DNA of 64,000 nucleotides from Hamiltosporidium tvaerminnensis FI-OER-3-3. Taxonomy: Eukaryota; Fungi; Microsporidia. The stretch lies in NCBI GenBank assembly GCA_022605425.2, contig JAKIMF020000005.1, forward strand, positions 1,400,917 through 1,464,916, written 5' to 3'. Each line of letters starts with the position of its first letter. Position 1 is the first letter of the stretch. The translations under genes were made by a program, and so were the position numbers. The notes under the pieces are model-generated. The model saw only the letters and a program-made list of their open reading frames with translations, was not told the DNA's origin and ran no database searches. This document shows positions 1 through 14,490 of the stretch, piece after piece.

Positions 1-2150
1 TTAACACTCAAAAATCATATAAGAAGTAATACTACTTATTTATATGTTCCAAGAAAATCATTTACAATAAAACACAGAATTTTAAGATTAATGAATATAA
101 AATTCCATAGAATTAACGAAATTTAATTAAAATATGATAAAAGCATACCATATTCTGAAAATTACAGATTAAAAGCTCCAGAATTGTTTTATATTAAGAA
201 AACTGCTTGAATAAGAGACTACTTAACTTATCAAATAAATAATAAATGAATTATTTGAGAAAAATGTAAACAAATTAGAAAAAAGTAAATAAAAATACAA
301 CTAACTTAAATTAAGTAAAATAAACTTGATATAATTAAAATTCCGAACTTAAAAAACATAACAAAAATATTTAAAAAACTAAAATTTTGAACATAAAAAA
401 ATTTAACGAAGAAAAAAACGACAGCTACAATTAAGAATGTCGAATTTGTTATTTCAAAGATCAATACTAAATATCAACATCAAATACTACTTACTAATTT
501 CATATTAGGCATAAATAATGAACTATAAATGTTTTGTATCGAATAGAGCCTAAAGTTTTGTAGATTAAAATATAAATTACAAAATATAACTAAAAAACCT
601 ACACTAGTAATCTAAAAAACCTATTTAGAGGATATAAAAATATATGTATTATATTATAAGCACCATTAAAAATATTCAAACTTTAAAAGTATATAATAAG
701 AAAAAATACATTATCTTAAGTGTGTAAGAAATATTGAAATTCTACTACTAATATCCAATAAAATTCAATTTAGAACAATATATATGACTTAAAACAAAAT
801 AATAGACAAATAAATCGAAAAAGAAGGAATATATAAACCTACAAAAGTACTATATTTGTAAAATAAGTATTTAGCCAAAGTACGAAATATTCATCGTACT
901 ATAAATAAATTGAAAATCTTAATTTTATATTTTACAAATAATTATTGTGCAATGAACAAAATAAAAATGCAATTTTCATTTTTAAAGATTTGCATAACTT
1001 TTCATAGTCATTGAAAATTTTAGTATTCATTTAAAGAGTAAAAAAATTAAATGTAATATAAATATGAAGTTAAAAAAATATCTTGGTATAGGCTGACTGT
1101 TATTTAAATAAAAAGGAGATATGAAGAGTCGAACAGAAATGAATTTTGATCACAATATTAGAGAAAGCAATTATATTCAAGTTCCGAAAAAAGTGTATTG
1201 CGAAAAGCTTTGAATTAAATAACCACATAATAAATCCATGATAAATAAAAAAATAATATCTTTTTAAATCGGAATAAATTATAGAACTAAACTAATTTAA
1301 TAATAAATATACATCGCTTAAAAAATATATATTAGATAAAATATAAAATTAATAAAAAAATGAAATTAATTTAGAAAAGGAAAATGCTCGATTAATAGAG
1401 AATATATAATAACTGTATCAATTGATAAATGACTTAAAATATAGAACAACGTCCCTAGTTAAAATTAAAGGACATGTGTTACAGTGGTTTCATGACATTC
1501 ATGGAGTTTTAAGTTTTACATATGTAACCGACCCTCCTTACACTATCAATACACTTATGATAACTGCATTCAGAACCCTTTCTTCTACAAACGCGTAGAA
1601 CGAAATTATATGGGACGGCAATTTAAAAGAGTTCCTTAATATTCGTTGCAGGATTTAATCGAACGACCGAACCCCATACATAGCTTCCCCAGCAGTTTCT
1701 CTATTCTCAATTACTCTACAATTTCAGTACCACAAAGTTGCAGGTAAGATATATTTTAGCAAAGTAGCCGAGGTCACCATATATCTGCAATGTCATACCA
1801 ACAGTAAATCTTATGTATCGTTTTACTAACTCAAAAATTGTTTACCTTTATATTTCTCTTGCGTCGAGTCTTCTACCCTAATGTGACAAGCTAGAATTAT
1901 ATTTTTTTGCTTAGAAATTACTTACAAGTAAAACAGCGGTCTACAATCTTTTCTATATAAAACAACATGATAGATTTGTAAAAAAAAATCTATTTCGAAG
2001 ACCGACTTCCCCTCTTAAAATCTCAAGAAAAACAGCATTAAATGTAGTGATTTTCTATTACAATAAAAAATAAGACTATAAGTTCCCAATCACTTGCTAA
2101 ATCATTGCTAAATATTAGGTTTATATTGTGGTTATCCCCTTCCACTATAG
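1..2150 (+). repeat. Repeated ~6-kb module, partial copy (3' tail of W, spacer, segment X)
   Basis: Positions 1-120 (TTAACACTCAAAAATCATATAAG...ATGAATATAAAATT) match 21956-22060 and 62408-62430. AATATATAATAACTG at ~1400 matches ~57850. GTCATACCAACAG is shared with 41218. Confidence 0.75.
1440..2150 (+). pseudogene. Segment X, decayed gene of unknown family
   Basis: Peptides AGKIYFSKVAEVTIY/SAMSYQQ and YCGYP align with the other X copies. Contains stops and frameshifts. Confidence 0.55.
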
Positions 2151-5100
2151 AATTAGCAAGTAGAAAATAATTAACTTTACCACAATACAATTACCCACAA
2201 ATCCAATCAAATTTATTAATCTCTGATTTATAAATAACCTTAAATATATTTGTTTTTTATAAAAATAACCTTCTTTAAGAAACATTGTTCAAATCATCTC
2301 TTCAGAATAATTTTTTTTTGTAGTTGGAAAATTAAACATGTCAAATAGTTTATGATACAGAATGCTAACCAAATAAAAAAGAGTAGTAGGTTATATTCTA
2401 GGCAAAATATGATAAAGTTAATTCATAGATATTTCTACATCATAAAACGGTTTCCATTAAATTACAAAATATCATTTGCATACAACAACTGAGAGCTTTT
2501 TTTAGTACATAATTGGCGCTTTATTTAAAATATTTTTTATACTTTGCTTTCTTTCGCTATATAGCACTTAGCAATTCATAAGTTAATCGACAAATTTTCC
2601 GATTTTTTATTTTGCGATCAAATTTAAAAATTAACAATCAAAAAATTATGACGAAATTTAAAATAAGGGAAAATTTGTTTCAAAACTTAAGATATTAATA
2701 AATGATATATTTCAGAAAATAAAGAATACGAGATTTTAAAATTATTGATATATTTTTAGAGCAAAAATACAAACTATAAAGCTAATAGTGTGAAATTACT
2801 AAGTTTTCTCGTATTAATTTCGACATTAAAGATATAAAAATAAAAAAACAAAAGTAACTCTTTAAAACTGTATAATAAAAGACATAATATAGTTTGATTT
2901 TAAAAAATTGTAATATAGTGAAGAGATAATCCCTAAAATAAAGTATATTGATTTTTTTGTTACTAGAAATGTAATGATGAGAAATAAGATGTAAGATATT
3001 TGTGTTCAAATTTTTTATTTTTTTTTATCTACATATAACTTCAAATTAAATATTTTAAAATTTTTTTATTGTTAATCTCAAGTTTAACCTATTTTAAGGG
3101 TTTAATCTTACAAAAATCGTCTTTATTTTTAAAGTAATTTAATTCACAATAATAAAATTGAAATTTCAATTTCTCGTCATAAATATGTTAAAATTTATCT
3201 AGATCCGTAGTAATAATTTAACTTAACTAAATCTTCGATGTTCACATTATATACAAATTGTGTAATATACTTGCAAAAAATCATATTTTAAGAGATACGT
3301 GTTTTTTAAATTAATTTTATAGCATCATGCTAGATTTTTTACTTTTAAAATAATATTTAACTCCATTATATGTTTTTTCTTTGAAAAATATATATTATCT
3401 AATAATCAAACATTTATTCGATATTAATTCAAAATTTTAGAATTAAAAGTCAAAATAATTAACTATTCAATTTATATAATAAATATTTAACTTCTTTTTT
3501 GTGCGTTACAACCACAAAATATTATCACTGTATAAATATTAAATTTTTAAGAGAAGGTCTTCTACTTTTAGAAATTTTTTACAAGTTGTATTGGTAAATC
3601 AACAGATATTATTAAGAGGCATGTATATTTTATAAAAATTTACCATAAAAAACGATATAAATATTTCGAAGAAAAAGACAATTATAGAAAAAATTTGAAC
3701 AAGAATTGTATATCTTTAAATGGGCTTTTTACTGTTCAAATTTATACATATAACCCTTATTTATGCACTTTGAATTAAATGATGCTAATTTTTATATTTC
3801 TAAATTTGTCTCAAAACACTCAAAACAAAACCGTTTGTTAATTAAAAGTATAAACAATAAAAATAGACTTTAAATCAAAATGTGAGAATTTCCATTTCTT
3901 GTCACATTCACAGTTATAAAACTCTCAAAATGCTTCTAACGGCAAAGTCATCATTCATAATCAATTCTGCTAGGAAAGTAAATCAAAAACGGAATTTCGA
4001 CGTAAAATACTAAGAAATAAATCTTTCATAATTTTAAATAAACCAATTAAGAAAAACAGAAGATTTATATGCTTCTAAAAAATGGACAAGCGAATTTAAG
4101 ATTATTTGTTATTTAATGTAATTCTATAATATATTTTTCTTTAAGCAGATATTAAGATTTTAAAAAAAACAAAAACTAAATATAAATCCAAAAAAAATCT
4201 ACAATTAGTCAAAACATAATTCTTAATTTTCGATTAATATATTAGATATGATATATATTTCTCAATGGTTTTTTGAATTTCTTTTACAGAGGTTATTCCC
4301 TATGTTTGATTTAAAAGTTCTGTTTACAAAAGATGTAGATTAAAAGATACAGTGAAAAAATTTGGTTGATTGGCTTCTGAAATATTAAATGAATTCAGTT
4401 TGCTTTGCATTTATTTTCTCAATCCAAGATATTTTTTTTGTAAGCAGATACAATGTTAAATTATTTTCTAATTTTGTAAATGATATAAGAATGAAGTACA
4501 AATGTGATATTTGTGCAAGGATTACAATACTCTTAATTAAAAAAGGACAATTTGAATTTATTTAATTTCAAAATACGATATTTTTTTGTTACAAACTAGA
4601 TTTAAGAGAAAAAAAATTTTAAAATCTTTTTGTTTTTTGCGCAGAATAACGAGAACGATAGATACAGCGATATACGAACAAAAATGCGTTGAATCATACT
4701 TTATGATATATCATCTCTTTCTATTTGTGTTTAAGTTATTAAATCTAATTTGTATTTGTGAAAGAAGATCTATTTTTTTAAAGTTTATGGTTAAAAAGAA
4801 TACAACAAGTACATATCATATGTTTCTCATTACGAGCCAAACTAATGGTTTTTTTGATAGATTATTAAAGGTTATGCACTTGAATAGAAATATATCTTAG
4901 TAATTCGTGAATACTGTACATACAAAAAAAAATATCATTAAATTTTGATTTGTTAATGTATAATTTTCAGAGTCTTTTAAAACAAAATATTTGCAAATTA
5001 TTTCATATATTTATAGTAAAATAAAAATTTGTTATTAAATCAATGAAGATCTTAAGATATTTTTAACAAAAATGATTTTTAAGTATCACAAAGAAAAGAC

Positions 5101-8004
5101 TTTCAAACATGTAGATTGTCTTTTGACGTGGTAGTTATTGGATTAAATATAGTAAATATCTAATCTAGAAACCCTTGATTCGACTTTTAAAAATATTTTA
5201 AAATATTTTTGAACAGTTTTTTTTTTTCTTTTTTTAAAAAATATAATTTTATTAAAGTAGGTTTTCTCTATTGCTTCTTTATTTGCACAAATCTCTCGTT
5301 TTGATAGCCCATCGTTCATCCAAATCAGAAATTGTTTATCATTTGTGTTCATAGCTCTAATTTTTTAAGACTATATAAATTAATGGTAAAAAATTTCTTA
5401 TAATATATTTCCAGTTATAGTATATATAAGTATAAAGTGATCTTGAAATTGCAGGATTAAAAATGATTCTTAAGCTCTAGTGTATTATGTCCATTTGTTT
5501 TTAAAATTAGTCTTAAGTTCTTCGAAATAAATATAAAGAATTCAAAATTATAATTATCTAAATTCTGAGTATATTTATGTAGCAGCTAGATCTCAGCAAG
5601 GTATATCTTATTGTAATTTATTTGACCCATCCTAAAATGAAAAATTTAAAGTACAATCGTAAAAAACAAGAAAAATATAAATTTAAAATCAAAGCAACAA
5701 ATAATTTTTTTAATTAGCTTAATATGCAGTATTGGATATTAGCGAATGAGATTTGCGGCTTAGGTTTTTAAGTAAATATCGAAAAAAATATATATATTGT
5801 CAAACTGTATAAAATCTTTGAAAAAGCATAAGGTAGTATTTAAAAAAGTTAAAATAGATGCTAAATTAGACAAAGATTTTATATAATATTTTACAAATTA
5901 ACATAATATTTAGGTCCTTAGCCAATCAAGTCAGTAATTAGATTAAGTTCTAAAATTAAAGATAAATTAATTCCTATATAATATAAGATATTTCGAAATG
6001 CCATCAAATGCAAAATTTACAAAACTAAGAATAATAATATAATTTATGCGCTATTGGTTTTAATTTTTGATATATATACTTTTTTTTTCTGATATTTTTT
6101 CAGTTTAAAATTTAAATTACGTTAATTCAAAAATTTTTTTATACGATAAAAGGCTTTCGAGAGCATCTATTCATATTAAGATTTTGTTCGAATATTTTCA
6201 GAGTATATATATTAGTTTGTAGCATACATAGTAATTTAAAGAATAATTAAATATTAGGATTTTACATATATTTTGCGATACACATAAAAGGTTCAGTAGT
6301 ATGAAATGCCAACGTTAAATCATTTAATAACTCCTAAAATTCTTATAAATGATAAAATCAAAACAAGGAAATAGTTTTAAAGTATTAATTGAAAGACAGG
6401 GGCTACCAGAGAGTTGCACAAATACAATCCAGAATTTTGTAAAAATCGGTATAGAAAATGGCTCAGTATCTATAATAGCTCATGTATTTGCTTTACTAGC
6501 ATAATATACTATTTAGAAATAATGCTTAATAAAGATTTTCCTAAAAATTATCGAATTTTGGAGACTTTAAGGCCATACAATATTGCAAAAAAAAAATAGT
6601 CTAGAATTATAGTTATACCAATTTTTATCTTATGTTATCAAATAGGCAAAAATAAAATATTTAATCTCTATATACATAAATTTCCGGCTTTTTTTTAAAA
6701 AAAAAATATAGTGGAATTGTAAATAAATTGTTTTAAGCAACTCTAAAAATGCACATGGAGAAAAGTAGTTTTTGGTTCTTCTCTATTTTGGTACAAATTA
6801 GCACAATTATTTTTTTTGAGAATTTAAAACAATTTTTTTTACAATCATATAGATTACAAGAAACACAAAATTTTGCACTATTTCGGGTAATTTCGAAACG
6901 AAACTATAATTTTACATATAAAAAGGTTTTAAAATTTTCGAAAAAATGAAGATGAGATAGCTACGTTTAAAACAATTAGCTAGCAAATGATCAATTTATC
7001 CTTTGTATGAAATCTTTATATAGATTTCGAATGAGAAAATACCTTTACGTTTTCGGGTGATTCATTAAGTTTGTAGAAAGAATGTTGGCCAACGGTTCGC
7101 GCGTGTTTATTACTAAGTCTATAATTTTTTATACAATAAATTGTGACTGCGTAAAATATATAGTTCATTGCTAAGTAAAATTACAAAACCTAGCTTTGCT
7201 AATCTTGATTAAAAACTTGCTGATATGAGATAGATTAACGCAAACATTTGAACTAGGAAATCGATTATAAGTTACTCGTGTTAAAAGACACTACTTGTCT
7301 ATATGGTTCTCCTTTAAGCCCCTAAGTTATATTTTAGCGAAAGCCTTTCGGGCTCTATAATTGTAGAATAAGCAGGAATAGAGCGTAATTATTGACTGAA
7401 AAAGCGGGATTTGACCTTACTCATACTCGATGCAATAGATTCAAACTATATAGAAAGCTTTACAAGCTTATTGAATTTTTTCGTATTCACTTTGTATAGA
7501 AGTCTAGGATAATTAAGTTCGAAAGAGGTACATAAGAACTGATAAGTAAAATTCTATGTAAAAACTAGACCTTTATTGATTCTTGAAGTAATATATAACA
7601 TTTGACTTTGTTTTAAAAGGATTAATATTTTTATTAATGAAAATACTGCAAATGAACTTGATAAATTATTATAATGCTTTATTCGCAGATATTAAATCAT
7701 TGAATATATAATTCAAGATTTTTAATAATTAAATTCTATAGAAAAGATTATTTACATAATTTAAAGAAAATAATTAGAAAGATAATATAAAGAATATGGG
7801 TAAAAAATGTTTTAATTTGATGAAACTTAAATAGTTTTAAAGATCAAAATTATAATCAAATATCTGCGAATAAACAGTTTTTTAAATCAAATTTCTATTT
7901 AATATAAAAAAAAATGTCATAATAATTTTTCTTTGCCTTGAATTATTCTAAAATATGTTTTTATTTATATTCCGAAATATTTATTAGAACGTTATAAATT
8001 TAAA

Positions 8005-10010
8005 ACTTATTACAAATACAATTTAAATTCCTCATCAGACTAAAATTACATAATTTAAAATATGTATGATTTAAGTCTTAGTAAAAGTTATTTTAAATAT
8101 ATTATACATTTCGTTGGAAGTTTTTCGAGTGTTTTAGAAATAAATTGATGTATTAAAAGATAGAAATCTTGTAATATAAAGAATAAATAGATTTAACATA
8201 CAAATCTTAATTGAAGAAGCTTAATTTTAAAATTAAAGAATTCTATATTTATTCAAAGCAAACCTACTAAAATGATGTTTCAATAATACAGTGTTTAATT
8301 CTAAAAACAAAAAAATATGTACAAGAAATTTAAACAATCCGTATTACTTATAAAATATAAATAGATTAGCAGTAGCATTAAATTTAATAAAGATTTACGT
8401 CTTAACAATTTTCTTTGTTATAATTTTTTTTAATTTCTACCCTTATGTTCTGAAATCAAAATATTTTTTCCTCTAGAAAAATTGAGATGAGGATAGATAT
8501 CAAACAATATGAATATGAATAAACAAGATGAGTGAAATGGCGCCAACGTTGAGCATATTTAATGTTCACAACTTTTCTCTTCATCCCAAGGAATTGCCAA
8601 AAAAATGAATTTCTTTTAGAAATTGCTTCCGGTTATAGATAGATATATGACAATTAGGTAACATTATGAGGCTTTTGGATATTTGGCACAACGCCCTGAA
8701 AGTTTATGAATCGAGGGTTGGTTGTTATAAATTGATTCCAGATTTCCGTATTCTTGGAATCATTTTTAAAAAGAAAGGTTTTGAATTTAATAGTATCCTT
8801 TCCTTCTATTTGAACAAAATTTCTAGTATTTTGAGGCGGGGAGAAGTGAAAAAGAAGCACAAGGGGCAGTAAGGGATTTAATGTCTATTGTTTATTTCAT
8901 CTGCTATATTTAAGATTTATGAAGAATATTTTGATGTTTATGAACAATTTTGGAGTGTATATGAACCGTAGACTTGAACATTTTCTATCTTGGCTAAAAT
9001 CCAGAACAATTTGAAAATTTATAATTTTGTTTAAATTAGAACAAATGAAAAGCTTTTGTGTTGTTTTTCTGAAAGTTATGCGTTACAACCAAATTATCTT
9101 TGAAAAAATATTTTTTGTGTCAGATGAAGTAGAAATATATATAACTTTTGATATATTGTGCTACATTTATAGTGTTTGGTGCAACAAAGTGCGAAAATCA
9201 AATGTTTTTCAAATTTGAATCATAGATGCCTTCATGATAAATTTAAAATATCATAGCTATGTAATCTCAGAATTTTTTTAGATTCTAAGAATTATTTGCA
9301 GAAGAAGAAGAAATGTAGGTTAAGTTTTTAAGTAGGAGATATTTGAATAGGGTTAATGATTTGCAAGAAAACTTTAATAGAAAAAAATTTTAAATTAGTG
9401 TATTACCTAGTGAATGCTTTTTATAGAAAATGTTTGTATATTTTTTAAAATAAATTTCCACTCTTCCTAGTTGTATTAAGTATATCTTTTGTTATTCAGG
9501 CACTTCTAATTAAAAATAATATCTTCTTTTAAATTTGATTCACCCATATTTTTTGGTTCAAACTCTAGGACTTTATATGTTAGTATATTTTGTAAATTAT
9601 AACAAAATTTAATTGAAACCTATGTATATCCTAAGTCTTAAATTGGATTCCGCTCTTTATCAAACATTATTTCATTTAGTTACAAGCATAGGCTACTATT
9701 TCGACGAAAAAAAAATATAATTAATCTTTATAGTACAAGTAAGTATTTTTTAATTTATATATATATATAATACGTTTCTAGTAGAGTATATATTAAGAAA
9801 GTAAATTATAATTTATTTCTTGATTAATATATAAAAGATTTAACAATTAATAAAAAATAGTACCAAATTAATATTCTACGAAGTCTTACTTTATTGCAAG
9901 GAAGTGTAATAAATATTTCAGTTAGTATATAAGACGAACGCATTTTTGCTATTAATCCAGTAAATAAATCATCATAGCATAATATATTGTATTGTGTTTT
10001 AAAATAGCAA
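8005..10010 (+). repeat. Repeated module, partial copy (X-Y spacer, segment Y, start of Z)
   Basis: TTACAAATACAATTTAAATT is shared with 41579. TTTCTACCCTTATG matches TTTCTATCCTTATG at 42018. Peptide RYMTIR*HYEAFGYLA aligns with RYMIVKLYCDAVGYPA (42.2 kb) and RYKIIRLYCDVTGYLV (59.3 kb). Confidence 0.75.
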
Positions 10011-12169
10011 GCCAGAAAAAATCAAATAAACTAGTTCGTAAAAAAAACGATTATTATATTTAGAAACAAATATTTTATTACATTTAAATAAATTAAAGAA
10101 CTTACTCCCATAAAAAGAGATTTTACTTTTATATTTTTAAAATTTCAAGTACAGATTTTTATATTCTTTTAGAAACCATCTAACTAAATTTAATTAATTT
10201 AAAAATATTGAGGAAAAAAAATGTTTAAATGTAAGGAATAAATTTAAATCAAAAGTCATAGGTTTACATTATAACACGAATGAAAAACCTAAGTCAGTAA
10301 ATATTATGATAACTTTTTCTAGGTAAATTTACAATTTTTTTCAATTTCAGCGTTTATATATTTTGTGCTTAAATTTTTTAAAATTATTAAAAGTCTTTAA
10401 ACTGAGAAATAACTTAATCTAGATTTATTTTGCAAATCTATTATTAAATTGTTGTAAATTCGTTTGATACATCGCGACACAAGAATACTTTTATTTTGGA
10501 ACAGTAAAATTTGTTGTAAATAACAAGGTAATATGTAGAAACTTGACATAGGAAGTTTGTTATATACATATAACATATTCAAGAAGTAAAAAAAAATTAA
10601 GAAATGTTTCTTATTTTAGATACATAAGAGTAATGAGATTATATAATCATAGAGAAAATGTTTAATGGCTGTGAAAAAAATGCTTAACAATGTATTTGAC
10701 TGTTTAATGTAGAATAAATATTTTTGGGTTCAAAAAAAAAAGAAAAAAAAACTTCAATTTTCCGAAATTAATAAGAAATTTAAATCACATAATTTATTAA
10801 ATTGCATTGTAATTAAGTCTTCCTAAATATATTAGTACTTAGAAAATGAAAGATATAGGCCATTTTGAAGTATATGTTGATATAAATCGTAACTTGCCCT
10901 AGACAATTTTTTTTAAGTTTCAAAGCGACATTAATTTAAAATACAAGCGGTCTTAATGCATTTATCTCCAAAATCAAATATTGCTCGATTATAATTTTTT
11001 TTTCATAAGTGTTCTTTCATAGCTTTTGCATATACGAGAGCATGTAAAAAGTATTGTAAGTAACTATCCAAACAGGTTACTATGCCTCATTTATAACAGA
11101 CTCTTTAACTTCAGCTAGTGAAATGTCAGGGCGAAACATTCATTATAAAAGTAAAAAAAACTTTTCAAAAGACATGTTCAAAATGCGTAATAAGTACAGC
11201 GTGGAGGAGAGTATAGAGACCACATAGCAAGCTTTAAAGGTTAGAAAAAAGAGGTAATGATATTTACTTAAAATTTCTATTAAGTTTCTCAATAAGAGAT
11301 GACATACTGTGTTTGAAGTCTTTTTATGTAAAAATGCTTTATTTTATACTTTCCTTAAAAACATTCTATCATTAGCCAATATTGTTTCGTAATCGAGCTC
11401 ATTGTATTAGAGTTACTGTAAACCAGGTATATAGGATGATATGATTATATATCACTATTTTAAAAAGTAAATTATTTACTCATTTTAGTAAATTCGACTT
11501 TTTTACGAGATCTAACGAGTTATTTGTTTACTACCCTTTTAATTTATATCTATACTTATGCAAATAATTTTAATAGTCCTTTAACAAACCATATCAGCTT
11601 AGATAGTATAAGAAAAAGTATACTAAGCAGCAAATATCAAAGTAATAAAAGAATCGATCAGTATTTGTGGCATGTGTTTTAGGGGTTCTACATTAGTATG
11701 GCGAAAATTGTTATATACAAGCATCCGGATTATAAGTATACTAAGAATAGTGACTCTCTATCTCATAGATAGTAAGAGTATAACTGTAGAAGAGGCCACG
11801 GTTCAAAAACTGCAGCTATTTTTCTAGGTTTCCATTTTTTTAACCAATTGCATATATTAACACAATACAATGATGAATCTTTACATCTTTATGATATATA
11901 TATTAACTTAGTAAACTTTAAGAAAGAAGCTAAAATATATTGTAAAAAAAATAGAAAACCTTGCAAATCATTTTTTGTCTCTTTGAAAAAAACCTCGCCT
12001 ATAAAAACAACATGAACATCTCCATGACTTTGAGTTCATGATATTTCTATAATCAAATACTTTTTTTTGCTATATATCCCAAAATTTTATTTACATATGC
12101 CATAGCTTAATAAAAAAAAATATAAAATCATTTTAAATACTAAAAATCATAAAATTTTTGTTTAAAGAT

Positions 12170-12410
12170 ATTCTCTCTTGGAATATCTATTATAGATATA
12201 TTAAATATAATACACTTCTGATATTATTTTCGAGAATTGCCCTCTGCGACATTAAAGTAACGATGATTCTACTATTCTCTTCGAGAATATCTATTATATT
12301 TACACTTTTTTTGAGAGACACTTTCATATTTTTCGAGAATATCTATTGTAGAATCATTAGAAAAAATACACTTTTGATATTATTTTCGAGAATATTCATT
12401 CTATACACGT
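12170..12410. repeat. Degenerate ~52-bp minisatellite, about 5 units
   Basis: TTTTCGAGAATATCTATT-like core, with CGAGAAT at 12231, 12282, 12334 and 12387 and a variant at about 12180. Confidence 0.75.
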
Positions 12411-13919
12411 AAAATTAAAATGATTTTAGAAAATTTTAGTATATGGTTTTCAAAAAGTATCAAGTCAAGAAATTATATTTTATTTAAAAAGAAACATCCT
12501 AGGGCATAAAGAAATGCTTTAACTTAGCAAATACCCATACTCCCCTTATAATTGGTATCTAAAAAGTAAAATCAATTATTTATTCATTTTTTGTATGTAT
12601 AACTTATTCTCTTTCGATTAAAGGATAAAAAATAATATTAACTCACTAAATGTAGCAATACTATACACTTTTTATATATATTACTTGTTTCTCTTTCTTT
12701 TCTTCGAACCGAAACCTAAGGAAACTAAAGTTCTGTTGATATTTTTTTAAATCGTACTATATTAATAGTTGATCATCAAAACAATATAGTACAAAAAAAT
12801 TTCGTACATTTTCTTACAAAAAAAAATAAAAATTTAAAGCAATTGAAACTTTTTAAATCAAAACATGTAAAACCAAATTAAATTTTTTATAGAACCAAAA
12901 ACATCTTATTTGTGTAATCTAAAGTCCAATTGTAACAATAATTTTGAGGTAAAAGAAATTTCGGGATTTGTAGACATATATTAAGTTGTTAAAACTAGAT
13001 CTAAGTAAAATTCATAAAATATTAAAGATTTAAAAAGCCATTCCATTTTTAGGTAAATTAATCATACTTATAAAATTATGAGTTTTCAAATTTTACTAAA
13101 GTCAAAAAATGATTTTTGTCAATTTTACTTACTTTACGAAGTATACCTTACATAATTTCCTTAAGCTGAAAGCTTTCAGTTATTTTAATAGATATCTAAA
13201 AGTAAAAGTAAAAATAAACAAATAAAGTAATTTTATATAAAACGACAAACAAATTTATATCAGTTAAAACTTAATACCATTACTCTCAGCTAGGATTATA
13301 CAATTAAGATATCTTAAGTTTAAAGGGAGATAACTTTAGGCACAAATATTTGCTTTGACTTTTCTATTTCCTGAGTTAAGAATTTACAATTCAAGATATT
13401 AAGAGGAAAAATAAACTTATTAAGAGTTACAGTAAGTATTGTTCCAAATTATGAATAAGTTAAAATATATTAAACAATATTTAATCATCCTAATCTACAT
13501 TTATAAAAACTGTATTTTAAAAATAATTTAAAAATTTTTACTACTGAAAAAAGAATCTAATATCTAAGAATGTTACAAAAAATTAGTTTTCAAAAATATT
13601 TTGTCTATAGGTTTTTCTTAGAATTTCCTTGCTAAAATATAATTCTAGCCTGGAAAAAGATAAAATAATTATAACATATACTAAAATAATACATAACATA
13701 AAAAATTTATTATAAATTAACCAAGATTTAGGGTTTAATACTTTTACTAGGGCAAGTATTTAAATTACGAAATAATTCGTAAAATTAATAATTTATTTAA
13801 AAATCTTCATATTTTTGTGAAAACTAAAAATTATACATTTGTTATAGAGTTCAAAACAAAAATTTCTTATTAATATTTTCAAAAAAAAACTTAGACATAT
13901 GCCGATCAGTAAAAAAGTT

Positions 13920-14490
13920 GTTAAAATTAAAATTAAAATCAAATCTTAAATTGTAAAGATTTTACAAATAAAAAATTTGAAAAAAATTAAAAAAATAAAA
14001 AAATAAAAATTTAAAAAGGTGTAAAAAAACGTGAAAAAACAGCTAAATTTAAGAGAAAACTTAAAAAACAGAAAAGGAAAGGTAAAAACATATAAAAAAC
14101 TTAAAAAAATTGTAAGTATATGTAAAAAGATATAACAAACTTTAGAAATAAAAAATTCTTGTAAATTAGTACAAATCTTTCCAAAAAATTTTAAAAAAGT
14201 TAAAAAACAAAATAAAAAATTCAAAAATAATAAAATCTTATGTTAAAAAGTACAAATTAAAAAGACATTGAATGTATTAAGCATTCTAAAAACTTAATAA
14301 GTTAAACTTCGCAAACACACTACATCAGTCCTATAAAATCTAAAATTGATATAAAAAAACAAAAAAAAACTGCTTACTGTATAAAAAATAAAGAAGTATT
14401 GAAAAGTACCACCTAAATTAAAATACTAAAAAATTCTAAGAAAGCAATTGAACGCTTGAAAGAAATAGAAAAAAACTGCAAAAAGTGAGA
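13920..14490. repeat. A-tract-rich, strand-skewed low-complexity region
   Basis: Runs of A5-A7 roughly every 10 bp. This produces the spurious Phe-rich antisense ORF at 13946-14224. Confidence 0.6.

Noticed and set aside
4490-4525. KYKCDICAR resembling a C2H2 zinc finger
   Set aside because: No following His pair and no ORF context.
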